A program made the position numbers and the translations under genes. From positions 40,568 through 104,567 of IMG/VR virus record IMGVR_UViG_3300045988_091188: DNA of 64,000 nt. One strand, given 5' to 3'. This document shows positions 1 through 9,623 of the stretch, one piece after another (within the stretch, counting starts at the first letter, position 1; each line of letters starts with the position of its first letter). The notes beneath the pieces were generated by a model. The model searched no databases, was not told the origin of the DNA, and saw only the letters and a program-made list of their open reading frames with translations. This stretch comes from a virus.

Positions 1-123
1 GCATAGTAAGACACTTTTTACAAATATCCATCTTTCCATCTGGAGGATACTTCTCTAAATTTTTTGATGTATAAAACTATGTATCATCCATAGTTTTACC
101 ACATTTTTTACAATAATGGCTCA
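1..123 (-). CDS. hypothetical zinc-ribbon protein, N-terminal part only (gene runs off the window start)
   Basis: Minus-strand ATG at 123..121 immediately downstream of the 131..1201 gene; translation MSHYCKKCGKTMDDT(TAG)FYTSKNLEKYPPDGKMDICKKC with CxxC...CxxC; one in-frame TAG at 78..76. Confidence 0.3.
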
Positions 124-130
124 TTTATAA

Positions 131-1201
131 TCAACCTCTTTTCTTATTGCGACAGCGCTTACAGATACTATATAAGTTATCTTTGCTTGTCTTATTCTTT
201 GAAAAGAATTGATTATGGGCTGGCTTTAATTGCCCACACTTAGAACATTTTTTCATTGGGTATCCTTTTTGTTTATACTACCAACGTAAAAAATCTTCTA
301 AAGCCTCTTCCGCAATGAGTTTAGGAATCTTATTTCTCCATAGGCTAGAAATATATTCAACACTATATGTTTTACCAAACTCATTTTTTAATATTTCCTA
401 TATTTCGTTATTCTACTTTTTATCAATTTTGAGTTCAACAATTCGTAAATAGATTGGAAAGTCTTTGAGAGCTTTATCACATATTTCTTCAAATGATTGA
501 ATTAAATACCATGTATCTCCCTCAAACTAATCATAACTATCCTCTTTTAATTTTGAATAATTGCATAAAATAGCAGAAACAACATTGGCGTCCATTAGCG
601 AAATACCCTTTACTACTACCTCCTGTCCATTAAGATAACTCTAATCATCAAGAGGAATATGAGTTCTTACGGATCTCGTTAATTTACATGGTATAATAGG
701 TTTCTAATATGCTTGCTTAATGATATACTAATCTTTTCGCATCTCTATTAATGCTTTTTTCATCATATATGCCTATTTTGTCCCAGCAGCGCGTTTTAAA
801 GCGCCCTCCCAGACATTAATGGTTTCTCTCAACTATTTTAAACATGGTATAGTATCTAAATCTTTCTGTGTAATAGAAATCTTTGGCTAAAATATAACAT
901 TTTTATTTTCTGACATTAAACCATAAATGCCATCCTCGCCATTTTCCATCTATGACGCAAGCCCTTCGAAAGAACATTCTCTTTTATTAACAGTAGCCAT
1001 TCTATTATCTGTTAATATATTCTTTTCTTTTTTCTCTTGCTTTTCCATACATAGAACTAAATAATCTGCTAATATTTCTAAATAGCTCGAACTAAGGTTC
1101 GGATTTTCTGCGATTATTTTTTCGACAAGCGCCTTCCGTTCTTCTGGAGACTCAATAGTATAATCTAATTTTATCATACTGTCATCTCCTTTTATACTCA
1201 T
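131..1201 (-). CDS. hypothetical protein (~356 aa) with 11 in-frame TAG codons; C-terminal CxxC-x17-CxxC zinc ribbon
   Basis: Minus-strand ATG at 1201..1199 (MSIKGDDSMIKLDYTIESPEERKALVEKII...); the frame stays open through 11 TAG codons to TGA at 133..131. The ORF track gives only the first 83 aa because it treats TAG as stop. Confidence 0.5.
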
Positions 1202-1303
1202 ATAATAACAAAAAAAAACTAGATTGTCAAATCTTATTTGATTAATTTATTTAAAAATGCTATAATATAATTATAAAAAATAAGATAGGAGATTTGTTTG
1301 CCA

Positions 1304-1636
1304 ATGTTCTTTGACGAACCATATTTAGATTTACCGGAAAAAGCATAGTATTATTTTAATATCTTAATAATCAGTATTGCTATATCTCCATAGTATGCTT
1401 AGGAAATCTTCCAAAATAAAGCAATAATTTTATGGGATATTTAGGGAGTTAATGATCCTAGACCTATTGCTATTCATATATATACTTCTTACCATATTAA
1501 TAAAGATTTTGACTATGAAGTATAGTGTATTCCTCACTAGGTATTAGAAGTTAATGAAAATGAAATATTTTTCTATGAAATGATTGATTACGATACTAGT
1601 GACCCTTGGAGGCTTGATCCAGATGCAATAGATTAA
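1304..1636 (+). CDS. small hypothetical protein (~110 aa) with 6 in-frame TAG codons
   Basis: AGGAG at 1287 then ATG 1304; frame open to TAA 1634-1636 only if TAG is sense; overlaps folD start by 14 nt. Confidence 0.3.
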
Positions 1637-2408
1637 TATAAAAGAATATTTTCAACAATAGGTAAACAAATTGCGGGAGATTAGTGGTAATGTTCCATCA
1701 CTCATGATTATCGACGCAACAGCCTAGGATCCCGCAAATCAAATTTATATTCGTAATAAAATAAAAGACTTTAATGCTCTTGGTTGGGAAGCAGAAGTGT
1801 TTAGAGCGAATAGTTCAGTAGAGTTAAGACTACTCTTAGGTCATGCGAAAGACTGGGATGCGGTAATAGTTCAAATGCCAGTAGCAAATGGAATTGATTT
1901 CAATTATAGCCAAATACCTATCTCTAAAGATGCGGATGGTTTAAATCCTATGAGCAATATTACTCCAGCAACAGTAAGAGGAATTATAGACTATTTGGAT
2001 GAATGTGGTTTTAACTACGAAGGTAAATCTGCTGTTGTTTTGGGAAGAAGCGATATTGTAGGAAAGCCAATGGCTAAAGCTCTACTGGATAGAAATATGA
2101 CCGTATCAGTATGTCATAGCAAAACAGATATAAATACAAAACTCTATTTAACAAGGCAAGCAGATTTAATTGTCTCTGCGGTAGGAAAATTTAGCTTAAC
2201 AAGAGAAGCCTGTCCTAACGCTATTGTTATAGATGTTGGTATTCGCAGAAATGAAGCAGGAATTATTCTTGGTGATTTTGTAGAAATTGATGAAATCGCA
2301 AAAAGAAATAATGTATGGTCAACTCCTGTCCCCGGAGGAGTAGGTCTATTAACAAGATTGGGGTTGATGAAAAATTGTTTATAGTTAGCGAAACAGGCGC
2401 AAAGATAA
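1623..2408 (+). CDS. folD: bifunctional 5,10-methylene-tetrahydrofolate dehydrogenase / methenyl-THF cyclohydrolase (FolD)
   Basis: GGAGG at 1608-1612, ATG 1623. Conserved FolD blocks (DPANQIY, GRSDIVGKPMA, VIDVGI, TPVPGGVG). Three in-frame TAGs (1629, 1659, 1725). The TAG at 2382 that the ORF track uses as stop is followed in frame by LAKQAQR then TAA at 2406-2408. Confidence 0.8.
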
Positions 2409-2761
2409 TGAAATTTTCGGGAGATTTTGACAAATATGCTGAAGAAGTTCTTCATATTAACAATCCCTTTCGAAAATTTTATCATACACAAAGTCCTTCA
2501 GTATTTAAAACTAACACCGATGGTATCATAACAATAGATATGGAAGAATCTCGAAAAATATATGAAGAAACAAAAGTAAATAGAGAAGAATGGATTAAAT
2601 TAAGAGATAGATATGTCGCAGAAAGAATACTGCGGGAACTTGGATATGAAGTTCTATTAACCTCGTCTTATTTTGAATACTATCCTGATGCTATTCCTTG
2701 TGAAGGAGCGTCAGGGCAATGCACAATAGACTGTAGAATGAATGGGTGTAAATATGAGTAA
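2408..2761 (+). CDS. hypothetical protein (117 aa)
   Basis: ATG overlaps folD TAA (TAATG); ORF MKFSGDFDKYAEEVLHINN...CRMNGCKYE ending TAA. Confidence 0.5.
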   Translation: MKFSGDFDKYAEEVLHINNPFRKFYHTQSPSVFKTNTDGIITIDMEESRKIYEETKVNREEWIKLRDRYVAERILRELGYEVLLTSSYFEYYPDAIPCEGASGQCTIDCRMNGCKYE

Positions 2762-2762
2762 A

Positions 2763-2942
2763 ATGTGTCCTTGTATTGATTATTGTTATAATAGATTCGG
2801 TCGGTAGTACACACCAGACTGCGACAATACTTGCGATTATGCAATTAAAGTTAAAGAAAATAAAATTCTTAAAGAATATTTAAAGAGATTGGCGGCGGAA
2901 ACAAATAGTTTACACACTTTATTTGAAGATTGGGATAATTAA
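2763..2942 (+). CDS. small Cys-rich hypothetical protein (59 aa) with one in-frame TAG
   Basis: ATG 2763, MCPCIDYCYNRFGR(TAG)YTPDCDNTCDY..., TAA 2940-2942. Confidence 0.3.
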
Positions 2943-2986
2943 ATTATCCACTTCTGCCCAACCGCACGGAAGAAAGGAAACTGCAA

Positions 2987-3753
2987 TGAAACGAGAAGAG
3001 CTCAAACAACACGCGCAATCGCATTACGCAGACATTAAAGTGAGACTCAAGGAAGATACAGATCGCGCAATTATAAACTCTGAAATTTTTGGCCCCAATC
3101 TTCCTTTTCCGCAAAAACCGCGAGAAACCCACCATAATACCTTTTATCTTAAAGACCAAGATAGCGTATCCTGTCTATTCGGTTTAACCGATCGGAGCAA
3201 GACTGCAATCTTAAATTATGCAAGCTATAAACATCCAGGTGGTTATTTCCTTGGAGGTAGCTCCGCACAAGAAGAGGCATTGTGTCACGAAAGCAACCTT
3301 TACCCTATTCTTCTTGCTTTTGATGATACTTATTACGCATGGAATAGACAGAGACTGAATCGAGCCCTATATCTTGATAGAGCTATCTATACTCCTAATG
3401 TAGTCTTTGAAAAAGACGATAGTAGAAAATTAGCTGATGTAATTACTTGTGCTTCTCCTAATTATAGAACAGCACATACTTATCAGCAAGTTCCTCTTTC
3501 TCTAAACAATAGGATAATGGAAGAGAGAATTAATTTTATGTATCGAATTGCCGAGGCTAAGGGAGTGGAAAATTTAATCGCGGGAGCCTGGGGCTGTGGT
3601 GTTTTTATGCAAGATCCATCAACGGTCGCCACCTTGCTCGTAAACGCAGCCCGCAATTATAATATCCCAAATATCTATTTTGCGATTCCAAACCGCAATT
3701 CCCGCAATTTTAGAATTTTCTTGGAGGTTTTGGAAAAATGTTCAAGCAATTAA
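2987..3753 (+). CDS. macro-domain protein of the microbial poly(ADP-ribose) glycohydrolase-like family (TIGR02452/DUF2263-type)
   Basis: SD AAAGGAAA then ATG 2987; motifs GGYFLGGSSAQEEALC...SNLYP and GAWGCGVF typical of the bacterial-type PARG/macro family. Confidence 0.55.
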
Positions 3754-4175
3754 TTATTGCGAGGCGAGACTTAAATATGTCTCCAGGGAAACTTGCCGCA
3801 CAAGTTTCCCATGCTTCTATTGCTTTTCTTTTGGAAAAGTTATATTGGGGAAGTAAAGAAGTTGTTAAAGAAAGAGACGGTCTTATGTATCATATAGGAA
3901 TAAGCCTCGATAGAGACTTATTCCATAATTGGATAGCGGAAGCGGAGACCAAAGTAGTTTGTAGAGCGAAGAATAAGAATGATTTGTTAAAGGCTGTTAA
4001 GATAGCAGAAGAATTAGGATGGGAAGAGAATAAGGATTATTGGCTTATCTATGATGCTTGTAGAACAGAGTTAGAACGCGAAGGCCCGGAAGGGACTTTG
4101 ACGTGTATTGGATTTAGGCCAATGGAGGCGGAAGAAATTGACAAAATTGGGAAGAAGTATCAGCTTTATAATTAA
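3738..4175 (+). CDS. pth2: peptidyl-tRNA hydrolase, PTH2 family
   Basis: GGAGG upstream; LIIARRDLNMSPGKLAAQVSHAS matches the PTH2 catalytic N-terminus. Confidence 0.7.
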   Translation: MFKQLIIARRDLNMSPGKLAAQVSHASIAFLLEKLYWGSKEVVKERDGLMYHIGISLDRDLFHNWIAEAETKVVCRAKNKNDLLKAVKIAEELGWEENKDYWLIYDACRTELEREGPEGTLTCIGFRPMEAEEIDKIGKKYQLYN

Positions 4176-4380
4176 TATAGTTTTGATTTTACTATTGTTG
4201 ACTGCTTGCGTGGAGGAGAACAATCGTTATCCAAGGCTAGAGTATATTCCTACAATGTGGAGATCTGATGCGATTAATATTAAACTAGAGGATGGATATA
4301 TCTTAAAAGGATATGAAACGATAGAAACTGAGGATGGATATAATTTGATTTTTAGTTTTGAGGCAACCGACGATGGATAA
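4108..4380 (+). CDS. putative small lipoprotein (signal peptide then LTAC lipobox)
   Basis: Six-frame ORF; hydrophobic stretch IINIVLILLLLTAC; true start uncertain (overlaps pth2). Confidence 0.3.
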   Translation: MDLGQWRRKKLTKLGRSISFIINIVLILLLLTACVEENNRYPRLEYIPTMWRSDAINIKLEDGYILKGYETIETEDGYNLIFSFEATDDG

Positions 4381-4516
4381 AGTATTAGTATGGTTTGACG
4401 GCAAGCATTATTATAATATATGCGCAGTCTGTGGAGAATTATATCCAATTTACAAAGTAGAAGATCATATTATATATAATTTAAAAAAGAAGTGTAAATG
4501 CGGAGAGAAGAAGTGA
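4373..4516 (+). CDS. small zinc-ribbon protein (47 aa)
   Basis: ATG 4373 overlapping the previous stop; MDKVLVWFDGKHYYNICAVCGELYP...KKKCKCGEKK; TGA 4514-4516. Confidence 0.3.
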   Translation: MDKVLVWFDGKHYYNICAVCGELYPIYKVEDHIIYNLKKKCKCGEKK

Positions 4517-4801
4517 GTTCTTCTCTCTTTTTCGTTATTGAGATTGAAAAGTCGATTTAGATTTTGAAATGGCGTGGCAGAACGATTTCACCAAAAAATT
4601 TCCAGTTTTTCCCAAAATACACGCCCCTCTTTCACATGGTAAAGTATTGAAGTGTAGTTGGCCTCTTTTGCTCGCTAAAGTACGAAAGCAAGAAAGCACG
4701 CCCCTAAAGGAATACGCGCGCGTAAAGGGTTTGTGCAAACTGCACAACAAGATGTTATTTATTTTGTGCAAAAGAGAGAGAAAGAAATTTCAAAAAAACT
4801 A

Positions 4802-4830
4802 TTGACAAGTGAGCGTTTTGGTGGTAAACT
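4802..4830 (+). promoter_or_regulatory. sigma70-type promoter (TTGACA-17-TAAACT with TGn)
   Basis: ttgaca 4802-4807, gtggtaaact -10 at 4825-4830; preceded by TTGTGCAAACTGCACAA palindrome at about 4733-4760. Confidence 0.5.
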
Positions 4831-4897
4831 GGACTTGTCCAGTAGGACAGAGACAAAAGCACGGCACTTTGAAAATTAAAAAATTTCAAAAAAGGTA

Positions 4898-4926
4898 TTG
4901 ACAAACTGCTAAAGGTTTGATACAAT
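4898..4926 (+). promoter_or_regulatory. sigma70-type promoter (TTGACA-17-TACAAT) for the 4980 gene
   Basis: ttgaca 4898-4903, tacaat 4921-4926, 17-nt spacer. Confidence 0.55.
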
Positions 4927-4979
4927 ACAGACAGAACAAAAGAAAACCACACCACAAAAAGAAAGGGAGTCAAAAGAGT

Positions 4980-5354
4980 ATGAAAAAGATTGATTTTACC
5001 AATGAAGATCGAGCCATTATTATGGAGTATATGGCCGCTAAGATGGCTAAGTCTGCGGCGGAGGCGGCGGAGAAAGCAGCTAAGGCTAAGGCTAAAGAGC
5101 TATTCTCCAGATTAGGTAAGGCTTTTAAGGCTACGGACAAAACAAGTTATCTATATGGCACGGTACAAATGCAGGGTAAGGCGAAAGCGGTGGTATATAA
5201 AGAAACTACCGCAAAAGGAACGGTTGACTGGAAAGCCTATGCTATGGCATTAGGCGGGACAGAGGCCGAAGCAGAGCAATTCCGCAGACCTTCCGATATT
5301 CGTACCTCTTTTGATTGGGCGACAAAGACCCAAGAAGAAGAAATTAGAGGATAA
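4980..5354 (+). CDS. hypothetical protein (124 aa)
   Basis: SD AAAGGGAG, ATG 4980 (MKKIDFTNEDRAI...); Ala/Lys-rich N-terminal region. Confidence 0.55.
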   Translation: MKKIDFTNEDRAIIMEYMAAKMAKSAAEAAEKAAKAKAKELFSRLGKAFKATDKTSYLYGTVQMQGKAKAVVYKETTAKGTVDWKAYAMALGGTEAEAEQFRRPSDIRTSFDWATKTQEEEIRG

Positions 5355-5363
5355 CAGTTTATA

Positions 5364-5402
5364 AACCCTGCCTTGCAAAACACAAGGCAAGGCAGGGTTA
5401 TA
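5364..5402 (+). terminator. rho-independent terminator
   Basis: aaccctgccttgc-aaaacaca-aggcaaggcagggtt hairpin followed by a T-rich tail. Confidence 0.6.
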
Positions 5403-5429
5403 ATAATTAAAAGAAAGGGGTATACTATA

Positions 5430-5576
5430 TGTATCAATTACAGGTTTTAGCCAATGAGAAAATGCGCTATTATGAACCATCCACCCTTTCAATGGCAAGA
5501 TGGAAAGCCAGTCACGAGATAGTCAATCCCAATCATTGGATTGTAGATTTATCCAGTGGAGAAATCGTAGATTAAA
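5430..5576 (+). CDS. small hypothetical protein (48 aa)
   Basis: SD AAAGGGG, ATG 5430, MYQLQVLANEKMRYYEP...; TAA stop. Confidence 0.35.
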
Positions 5577-5621
5577 AAGAAGCTGACCTAACGGCTATAC
5601 GGGGAGAAAGGATAAAAGACT

Positions 5622-5924
5622 ATGAACAATTATATTAAGTGGTTCGTTGGGCCTACTTTTAGAAAGCATGAATTTATTAAACTTTTGCGGTATAAGATGA
5701 ATGTGCGTTCCGCAGAGGTAGAGGACGGCATCATCTTAGACCTGGATGCTTTTAATGCCATGCGAGTGGCCTATATGCCACACTGGGCTTATATCAATAG
5801 AAAGTTTATCAATAGCAATCTGCATACCAGAATTGCAAGCGAAGATGAATATAAGATTGCTATGGTTGGAGATACAATCGGTACTGAATGGGTTAAAGAA
5901 CAGGAGGCAAAGAAATGGAAATGA
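5622..5924 (+). CDS. hypothetical protein (100 aa)
   Basis: SD GGGGAGAAAGG then ATG; ORF track. Confidence 0.55.
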   Translation: MNNYIKWFVGPTFRKHEFIKLLRYKMNVRSAEVEDGIILDLDAFNAMRVAYMPHWAYINRKFINSNLHTRIASEDEYKIAMVGDTIGTEWVKEQEAKKWK

Positions 5925-6064
5925 GAATTATTAAGCGGATAGGAGGCGGCATTTGTGCCGCTCTCCTACTCTGGACAGTTCTTAGTTGGGCTGATATAGT
6001 GGCGGATAACTGTGAGCCAAACCCACGGCACAGCGAATACAATATGTTCGTTCTCATGACTAAA
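5921..6064 (+). CDS. small membrane/secreted protein (47 aa)
   Basis: ATGA overlap with the previous stop; hydrophobic N-terminus MRIIKRIGGGICAALLLWTVLSWA. Confidence 0.35.
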
Positions 6065-6079
6065 TAATAGGAGGAAAAA

Positions 6080-6313
6080 ATGTATAGAGGGACTTATATC
6101 GACGCCATGGGCCGCAAGCGCAGAGAGATGGGATATTTCAGTCTTAATAAGCCCACTCTGAATAAACTCCATATACCAGTAATTGTCCAAGCGAGAGATA
6201 AGACAAGTGCGGCGAATAAAATCAATAGGAAATATAAATTGCGTATAAGTCCCAGCAATCTGCGGGAGGTGCCGATGGGCACGGGCTATCTCATGGAAAC
6301 CATGGAGCTGTAA
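6080..6313 (+). CDS. hypothetical protein (77 aa)
   Basis: SD TAGGAGG 8 nt upstream of ATG 6080. Confidence 0.55.
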   Translation: MYRGTYIDAMGRKRREMGYFSLNKPTLNKLHIPVIVQARDKTSAANKINRKYKLRISPSNLREVPMGTGYLMETMEL

Positions 6314-6325
6314 AGGAATAATACT

Positions 6326-6362
6326 TGACTGGCAATCTACACAAAGATTGCCAGTCATTTTT
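6326..6362 (+). terminator. rho-independent terminator
   Basis: tgactggcaatc...gattgccagtca inverted repeat followed by ttttt. Confidence 0.55.
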
Positions 6363-6369
6363 ATGCACT

Positions 6370-6545
6370 TTTCCATATTGACTTTTCGCCGGGCCGCCAG
6401 CGTGCGCCGCGGCCCGAATTTTTATTTATTCGGCAATTTCAACAATTATATGACCGAAAGTTTGTGCAATTCGACGAAAGTTTTTCTCCCGAAATTACTT
6501 GACATTCCTTTTCCCATGTGTTATTATATACTTGTCCAAAGGGAC
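6370..6545 (+). promoter_or_regulatory. early regulatory cassette: GC-rich hairpin, TTCAACAA/TTGTGCAA inverted repeat, TTGACA-17-TATTAT promoter
   Basis: ccgggccgccagcgtgcgccgcggcccg hairpin plus T-run; tttcaacaa...ttgtgcaa; cttgaca-ttccttttcccatgtgt-tattat. Confidence 0.5.
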
Positions 6546-6580
6546 AGGTCACAAAAAGAATTTGAAAGGAAGTAAAAAAA

Positions 6581-6820
6581 ATGACTTTAGATATGGTTGC
6601 TTGGTTACTTTCTCCGCTTGCAGAAGATACTATGTTCTTTGACGGGGAGGGATTCGAAATTATCAATAAGAATACCCAAGCTCATTACCATGAATTACCT
6701 GATGGTAGAATAACTCTGGGAGGAGACGTAATCGAGGTATCTAAGGAATGGGTTCTGGGACTTCAGGTAACCGGCATTGAGGCAAGAGATAACAATTTAA
6801 TCATTTATGTAGATGGTTAA
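6581..6820 (+). CDS. hypothetical protein (79 aa)
   Basis: SD GAAAGGAAG, ATG 6581. Confidence 0.5.
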   Translation: MTLDMVAWLLSPLAEDTMFFDGEGFEIINKNTQAHYHELPDGRITLGGDVIEVSKEWVLGLQVTGIEARDNNLIIYVDG

Positions 6821-6882
6821 GAAAACTTGCGGGAGTGGAGGCCACAAACCTCTACTCCCCACGATAAAAAGGAGGAATAAAT

Positions 6883-7098
6883 ATGATTGCTGTTATTAAA
6901 TTTGAAAGTGCAGAAAAGTCTGTGGAGTTTGGAAACACAATTTGTAATATGGCTGGCTGGTGTTTGGGTCATCCTCTCAATTCCAATGTTACCGGCTGTG
7001 TTTGTACACTTGATTTTAATACCGGCGACAAGCAAGATAGAGCCTTATATAATTATCTGCTAAAAATTGGAGCTTTCGAGGAGGTGGAACTAAAGTGA
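6883..7098 (+). CDS. hypothetical protein (71 aa)
   Basis: SD AAAGGAGG, ATG 6883. Confidence 0.5.
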   Translation: MIAVIKFESAEKSVEFGNTICNMAGWCLGHPLNSNVTGCVCTLDFNTGDKQDRALYNYLLKIGAFEEVELK

Positions 7099-7226
7099 GT
7101 ATTGAGCGTTTACCGCACACATATCCTATCGGCTCCACTGTCTGGACGGATAAGGGATATGGCACAGTTCTACTTCACATTGGTAAATACCATCTGGTTT
7201 GGTTGCAGAGATTAGGGCTGGCGTAA
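7095..7226 (+). CDS. small hypothetical protein (43 aa)
   Basis: GTG start overlapping the previous TGA (GTGA); followed by a gggctggcg...gccggccc hairpin and T-run. Confidence 0.3.
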   Translation: MSIERLPHTYPIGSTVWTDKGYGTVLLHIGKYHLVWLQRLGLA

Positions 7227-7504
7227 TGCCGGCCCTATTGATTTTTTCAAAAAAATATATTATAATAATTATAGAAAAATAAAGAAAGGAGTTTTTCTAA
7301 TGACCTTAGAAGTGCTGAAAGCACTCGTGGTTATTTTGGAGTTCTGTTTGAACTAGGATTCTTGTAAAAATTGTCCTATGTCTCAGTTCTGCCAGAAAAT
7401 GCCTTGCGAGTGGTAAATGTTCCTTCCGATTGTTCTAAATCGGCGATTCCCGTGATGGAGTCGTTTTTCGCACGAGCCTAGGTCACTAGAATTTATTTAT
7501 CAAA

Positions 7505-7738
7505 ATGCAAGAAACTACTTTCTCTCGCAAATTAGATTCAAGTGGTAGAATTATGATTCCGATTCGCTTGCGTGAACAAATGGGACTTACTTCCGGTTAG
7601 GAATACTATTTTACTACTATGGTAAAAGATGGTAGAAAATATATCTGTATTGACTGCGGATCGGTTGATTCCTCGCTTGAAGAAGCTATGAAAATTATCC
7701 AAGCAAACGGATTAAAGATTGTTGAAAATGCCGATTGA
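7505..7738 (+). CDS. AbrB/SpoVT-family (swapped-hairpin) DNA-binding protein with one in-frame TAG
   Basis: MQETTFSRKLDSSGRIMIPIRLREQMGLTSG(TAG)EYYF...; the RKLDSSGRIMIP motif parallels DLGRIVIPKEIR in the 8963 paralog; TAG at 7598-7600 in frame. Confidence 0.5.
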
Positions 7739-7780
7739 CTTCTCAAAAGAAAGGGAGTTGTTGGTATGCAGAAATTAATG

Positions 7781-7812
7781 ACCTCCTGAAATTCAGGAGG
7801 TTCTTTTTTTTT
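7781..7812 (+). terminator. rho-independent terminator
   Basis: acctcctgaaattcaggaggt hairpin followed by ttcttttttttt. Confidence 0.6.
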
Positions 7813-7814
7813 AT

Positions 7815-7975
7815 TCGTTCGCCCGGCCGTGCACCACAGGCGCGGCCGGAATTTTTTATCAAGAGGCAATTTGCACAATTTTAGGCTCGAATTGTTGTGC
7901 AATCTGACGAAAGATTTTTTCCTAAAATCGCTTGACTTTCTGCTTTGCCTGTGGTATATTATTATCAGAAAGAGG
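7815..7975 (+). promoter_or_regulatory. early regulatory cassette: GC hairpin, TTGCACAA-N16-TTGTGCAA operator-like inverted repeat, TTGACT-17-TATATT promoter
   Basis: cccggccgtgcaccacaggcgcggccgg plus T-run; ttgcacaa 7871-7878 and ttgtgcaa 7895-7902; ttgact...gtggtatatt. Confidence 0.55.
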
Positions 7976-8013
7976 GAGACAGAAATACCTCGAAAGAAAG
8001 GAAAGAAAAAATC

Positions 8014-8271
8014 ATGGAAGAAAAGAAAATGATTTTGGTCACGGACGGATACGACGATAAACCTATCTGCGTAGCGTCTAATACCATCGCCGCCCGCAAG
8101 TCTGCTTTGGATTATCTGGAAAATCAATATGACGATGGAGAATGGGAGGCTATTCTGGAAGAAGATGGATATGAAAATCGTGATGACCTTTTCCATGATA
8201 TGATGTTAGGTATGGAAAGTGAATGGGAGCGTTTCAATATCAACTTTGCGGAAGTTTCCTTTGCGGGGTGA
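8014..8271 (+). CDS. hypothetical acidic protein (85 aa)
   Basis: SD AAAGGAAAG, ATG 8014 (MEEKKMILVTDGYDD...). Confidence 0.5.
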   Translation: MEEKKMILVTDGYDDKPICVASNTIAARKSALDYLENQYDDGEWEAILEEDGYENRDDLFHDMMLGMESEWERFNINFAEVSFAG

Positions 8272-8275
8272 GTAT

Positions 8276-8428
8276 ATGACAACTTTTACCATGATAATTC
8301 TGATTGCTTTTGTTCTATGTCTGGTATGGCAATTTGTAGCCGCTATTGAAAGAGATTGCATAGGACTTGAAATCATGTTTGCGGCGGAGATTTTAATGTT
8401 TGCGTATCTTGCAAAAACTTTGATGTAA
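8276..8428 (+). CDS. small hydrophobic membrane protein (50 aa)
   Basis: ATG 8276 close to the previous stop; MTTFTMIILIAFVLCLVWQFVAAI. Confidence 0.4.
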   Translation: MTTFTMIILIAFVLCLVWQFVAAIERDCIGLEIMFAAEILMFAYLAKTLM

Positions 8429-8432
8429 GGGG

Positions 8433-8461
8433 TTGACAAATCGCCCCAACTATGGTACAAT
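8433..8461 (+). promoter_or_regulatory. sigma70 promoter TTGACA-17-TACAAT
   Basis: ttgaca 8433-8438, tatggtacaat extended -10 at 8451-8461. Confidence 0.55.
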
Positions 8462-8523
8462 AAGACCATGGAAGGGGCGACCCCGATAAATAAAAATTAA
8501 AATTAAGAAAGGAAGTTTTGGAA

Positions 8524-8910
8524 ATGCGTGTTAGTAAGGTTGTTCGGGAGTATATTGAAAAGGAAGTTGGAGTAAAGGCTGAAATCAAGAGGCAGGCTGT
8601 CCATGAAACCTTTTCCGCTTATGAGACAGAGTGTAAAATCATGCAGGAGAAAGTTAAGCAGGCGGTAAAAGCCCTTAACGACGAACTTCTTTCGGAGGTT
8701 AAAAACAAGGGGATGAGTTTCCGCAGATATAATGACCGGCTGGTAGAGGCTTGCCAGGATTGTATTTACCCCGCTATGGAGAACGAGAAGAAAAAGGCCA
8801 TGCGGGAAGTTAGCGACTGGGAGAAAAATGCCGTAACGGAAATTATTCTTACGCTTGAGTTGGGTGGTACTAAAGCTGACCTCGAACGGATGTTGAAAGA
8901 ACTGGATTAA
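8524..8910 (+). CDS. hypothetical protein (128 aa)
   Basis: SD AAGAAAGGAAG, ATG 8524 (MRVSKVVREYIEKEVG...). Confidence 0.55.
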   Translation: MRVSKVVREYIEKEVGVKAEIKRQAVHETFSAYETECKIMQEKVKQAVKALNDELLSEVKNKGMSFRRYNDRLVEACQDCIYPAMENEKKKAMREVSDWEKNAVTEIILTLELGGTKADLERMLKELD

Positions 8911-8962
8911 GAAGGGAGGAAGGGAGTGCAAGACTATAAATCTTGCACTCCCGCAGATAAAA

Positions 8963-9424
8963 ATGAAAGCTACTGGAATTGTGCGCCGTATTGATGATTT
9001 GGGCCGGATAGTAATTCCAAAGGAAATCCGTAGAAACCTTCATATTAGAGAAGGCGACCCATTAGAGATTTTTCTTGAAGAAGATGGCGGCGTAGTTTTT
9101 AAGAAATATTCTATAATGGGAGAATTTTCCTCTTACGCTAAACAAATGCAAAATGCCCTTTCATCTAACAGAATCGCCGCGGCTATTTTTGACAATGATG
9201 GAATTTTATGCGGGCCGCGTTCATTTGGAATTACAAGAGTTCCCGATGACTGGATTGATATTCGCAGTTCGGCGACAAAATGGGAAAGTATGTTTATTAC
9301 ACCAATTCTTGTGAATGGCGACCAGGTTGGTTTTATTTGCTATAAAAATAGCAATAACGAAGAATCTGTCCATGACATGGTTAAACTTTCTGCAAGATTT
9401 CTTGCAAATATATGTGAAAGTTAA
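8963..9424 (+). CDS. AbrB/SpoVT-family transcriptional regulator
   Basis: N-terminus RRIDDLGRIVIPKEIRRNLHIREGDPLEIF is the canonical AbrB-N/SpoVT swapped-hairpin motif. Confidence 0.65.
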   Translation: MKATGIVRRIDDLGRIVIPKEIRRNLHIREGDPLEIFLEEDGGVVFKKYSIMGEFSSYAKQMQNALSSNRIAAAIFDNDGILCGPRSFGITRVPDDWIDIRSSATKWESMFITPILVNGDQVGFICYKNSNNEESVHDMVKLSARFLANICES

Positions 9425-9449
9425 AAGAGGGCCGAAGCCCTCTTTTTTA
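9424..9449 (+). terminator. rho-independent terminator
   Basis: aagagggccgaagccctctttttt. Confidence 0.6.
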
Positions 9450-9464
9450 TCCCATTTTTTGAAT

Positions 9465-9600
9465 AGGCTTCTCGACGGCGCGCTAACGTGCGTGGCGCGC
9501 CGAATTTTCTCTTTTGTAGAAGTTGCACAATTTTCCAGCCGAAATTTTGTGCAGTTTGCCTCTTGTTTTCTATCCCGAAATCTGATATACTTTAATCAAC
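9465..9600 (+). promoter_or_regulatory. early regulatory cassette (GC hairpin, TTGCACAA...TTGTGCAG inverted repeat, promoter)
   Basis: gcgcgctaacgtgcgtggcgcgc hairpin; agttgcacaattttccagccgaaattttgtgcag. Confidence 0.45.
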
Positions 9601-9623
9601 CTAAAGAAAGGAAGTAAATCAAA

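Noticed and set aside
131-133. Possibility that TGA or TAA are also reassigned
   Set aside because: TGA and TAA terminate many well-delimited genes (for example 5622..5924, 45186..46706 and the 131..1201 gene) with conserved C-termini. No in-frame TGA or TAA was seen in recognisable genes.
2382-2384. TAG taken as the folD stop by the ORF track
   Set aside because: The frame continues 7 codons to TAA. The extension restores the conserved L-Q-A C-terminal motif of FolD, so this TAG is treated as a sense codon.
7606-8196. 196-aa minus-strand ORF from the six-frame track
   Set aside because: It runs antisense across a terminator, an operator/promoter cassette and the well-supported plus-strand gene at 8014. 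It is low-complexity, Phe/Ile-rich, and has no SD, so it is probably spurious.
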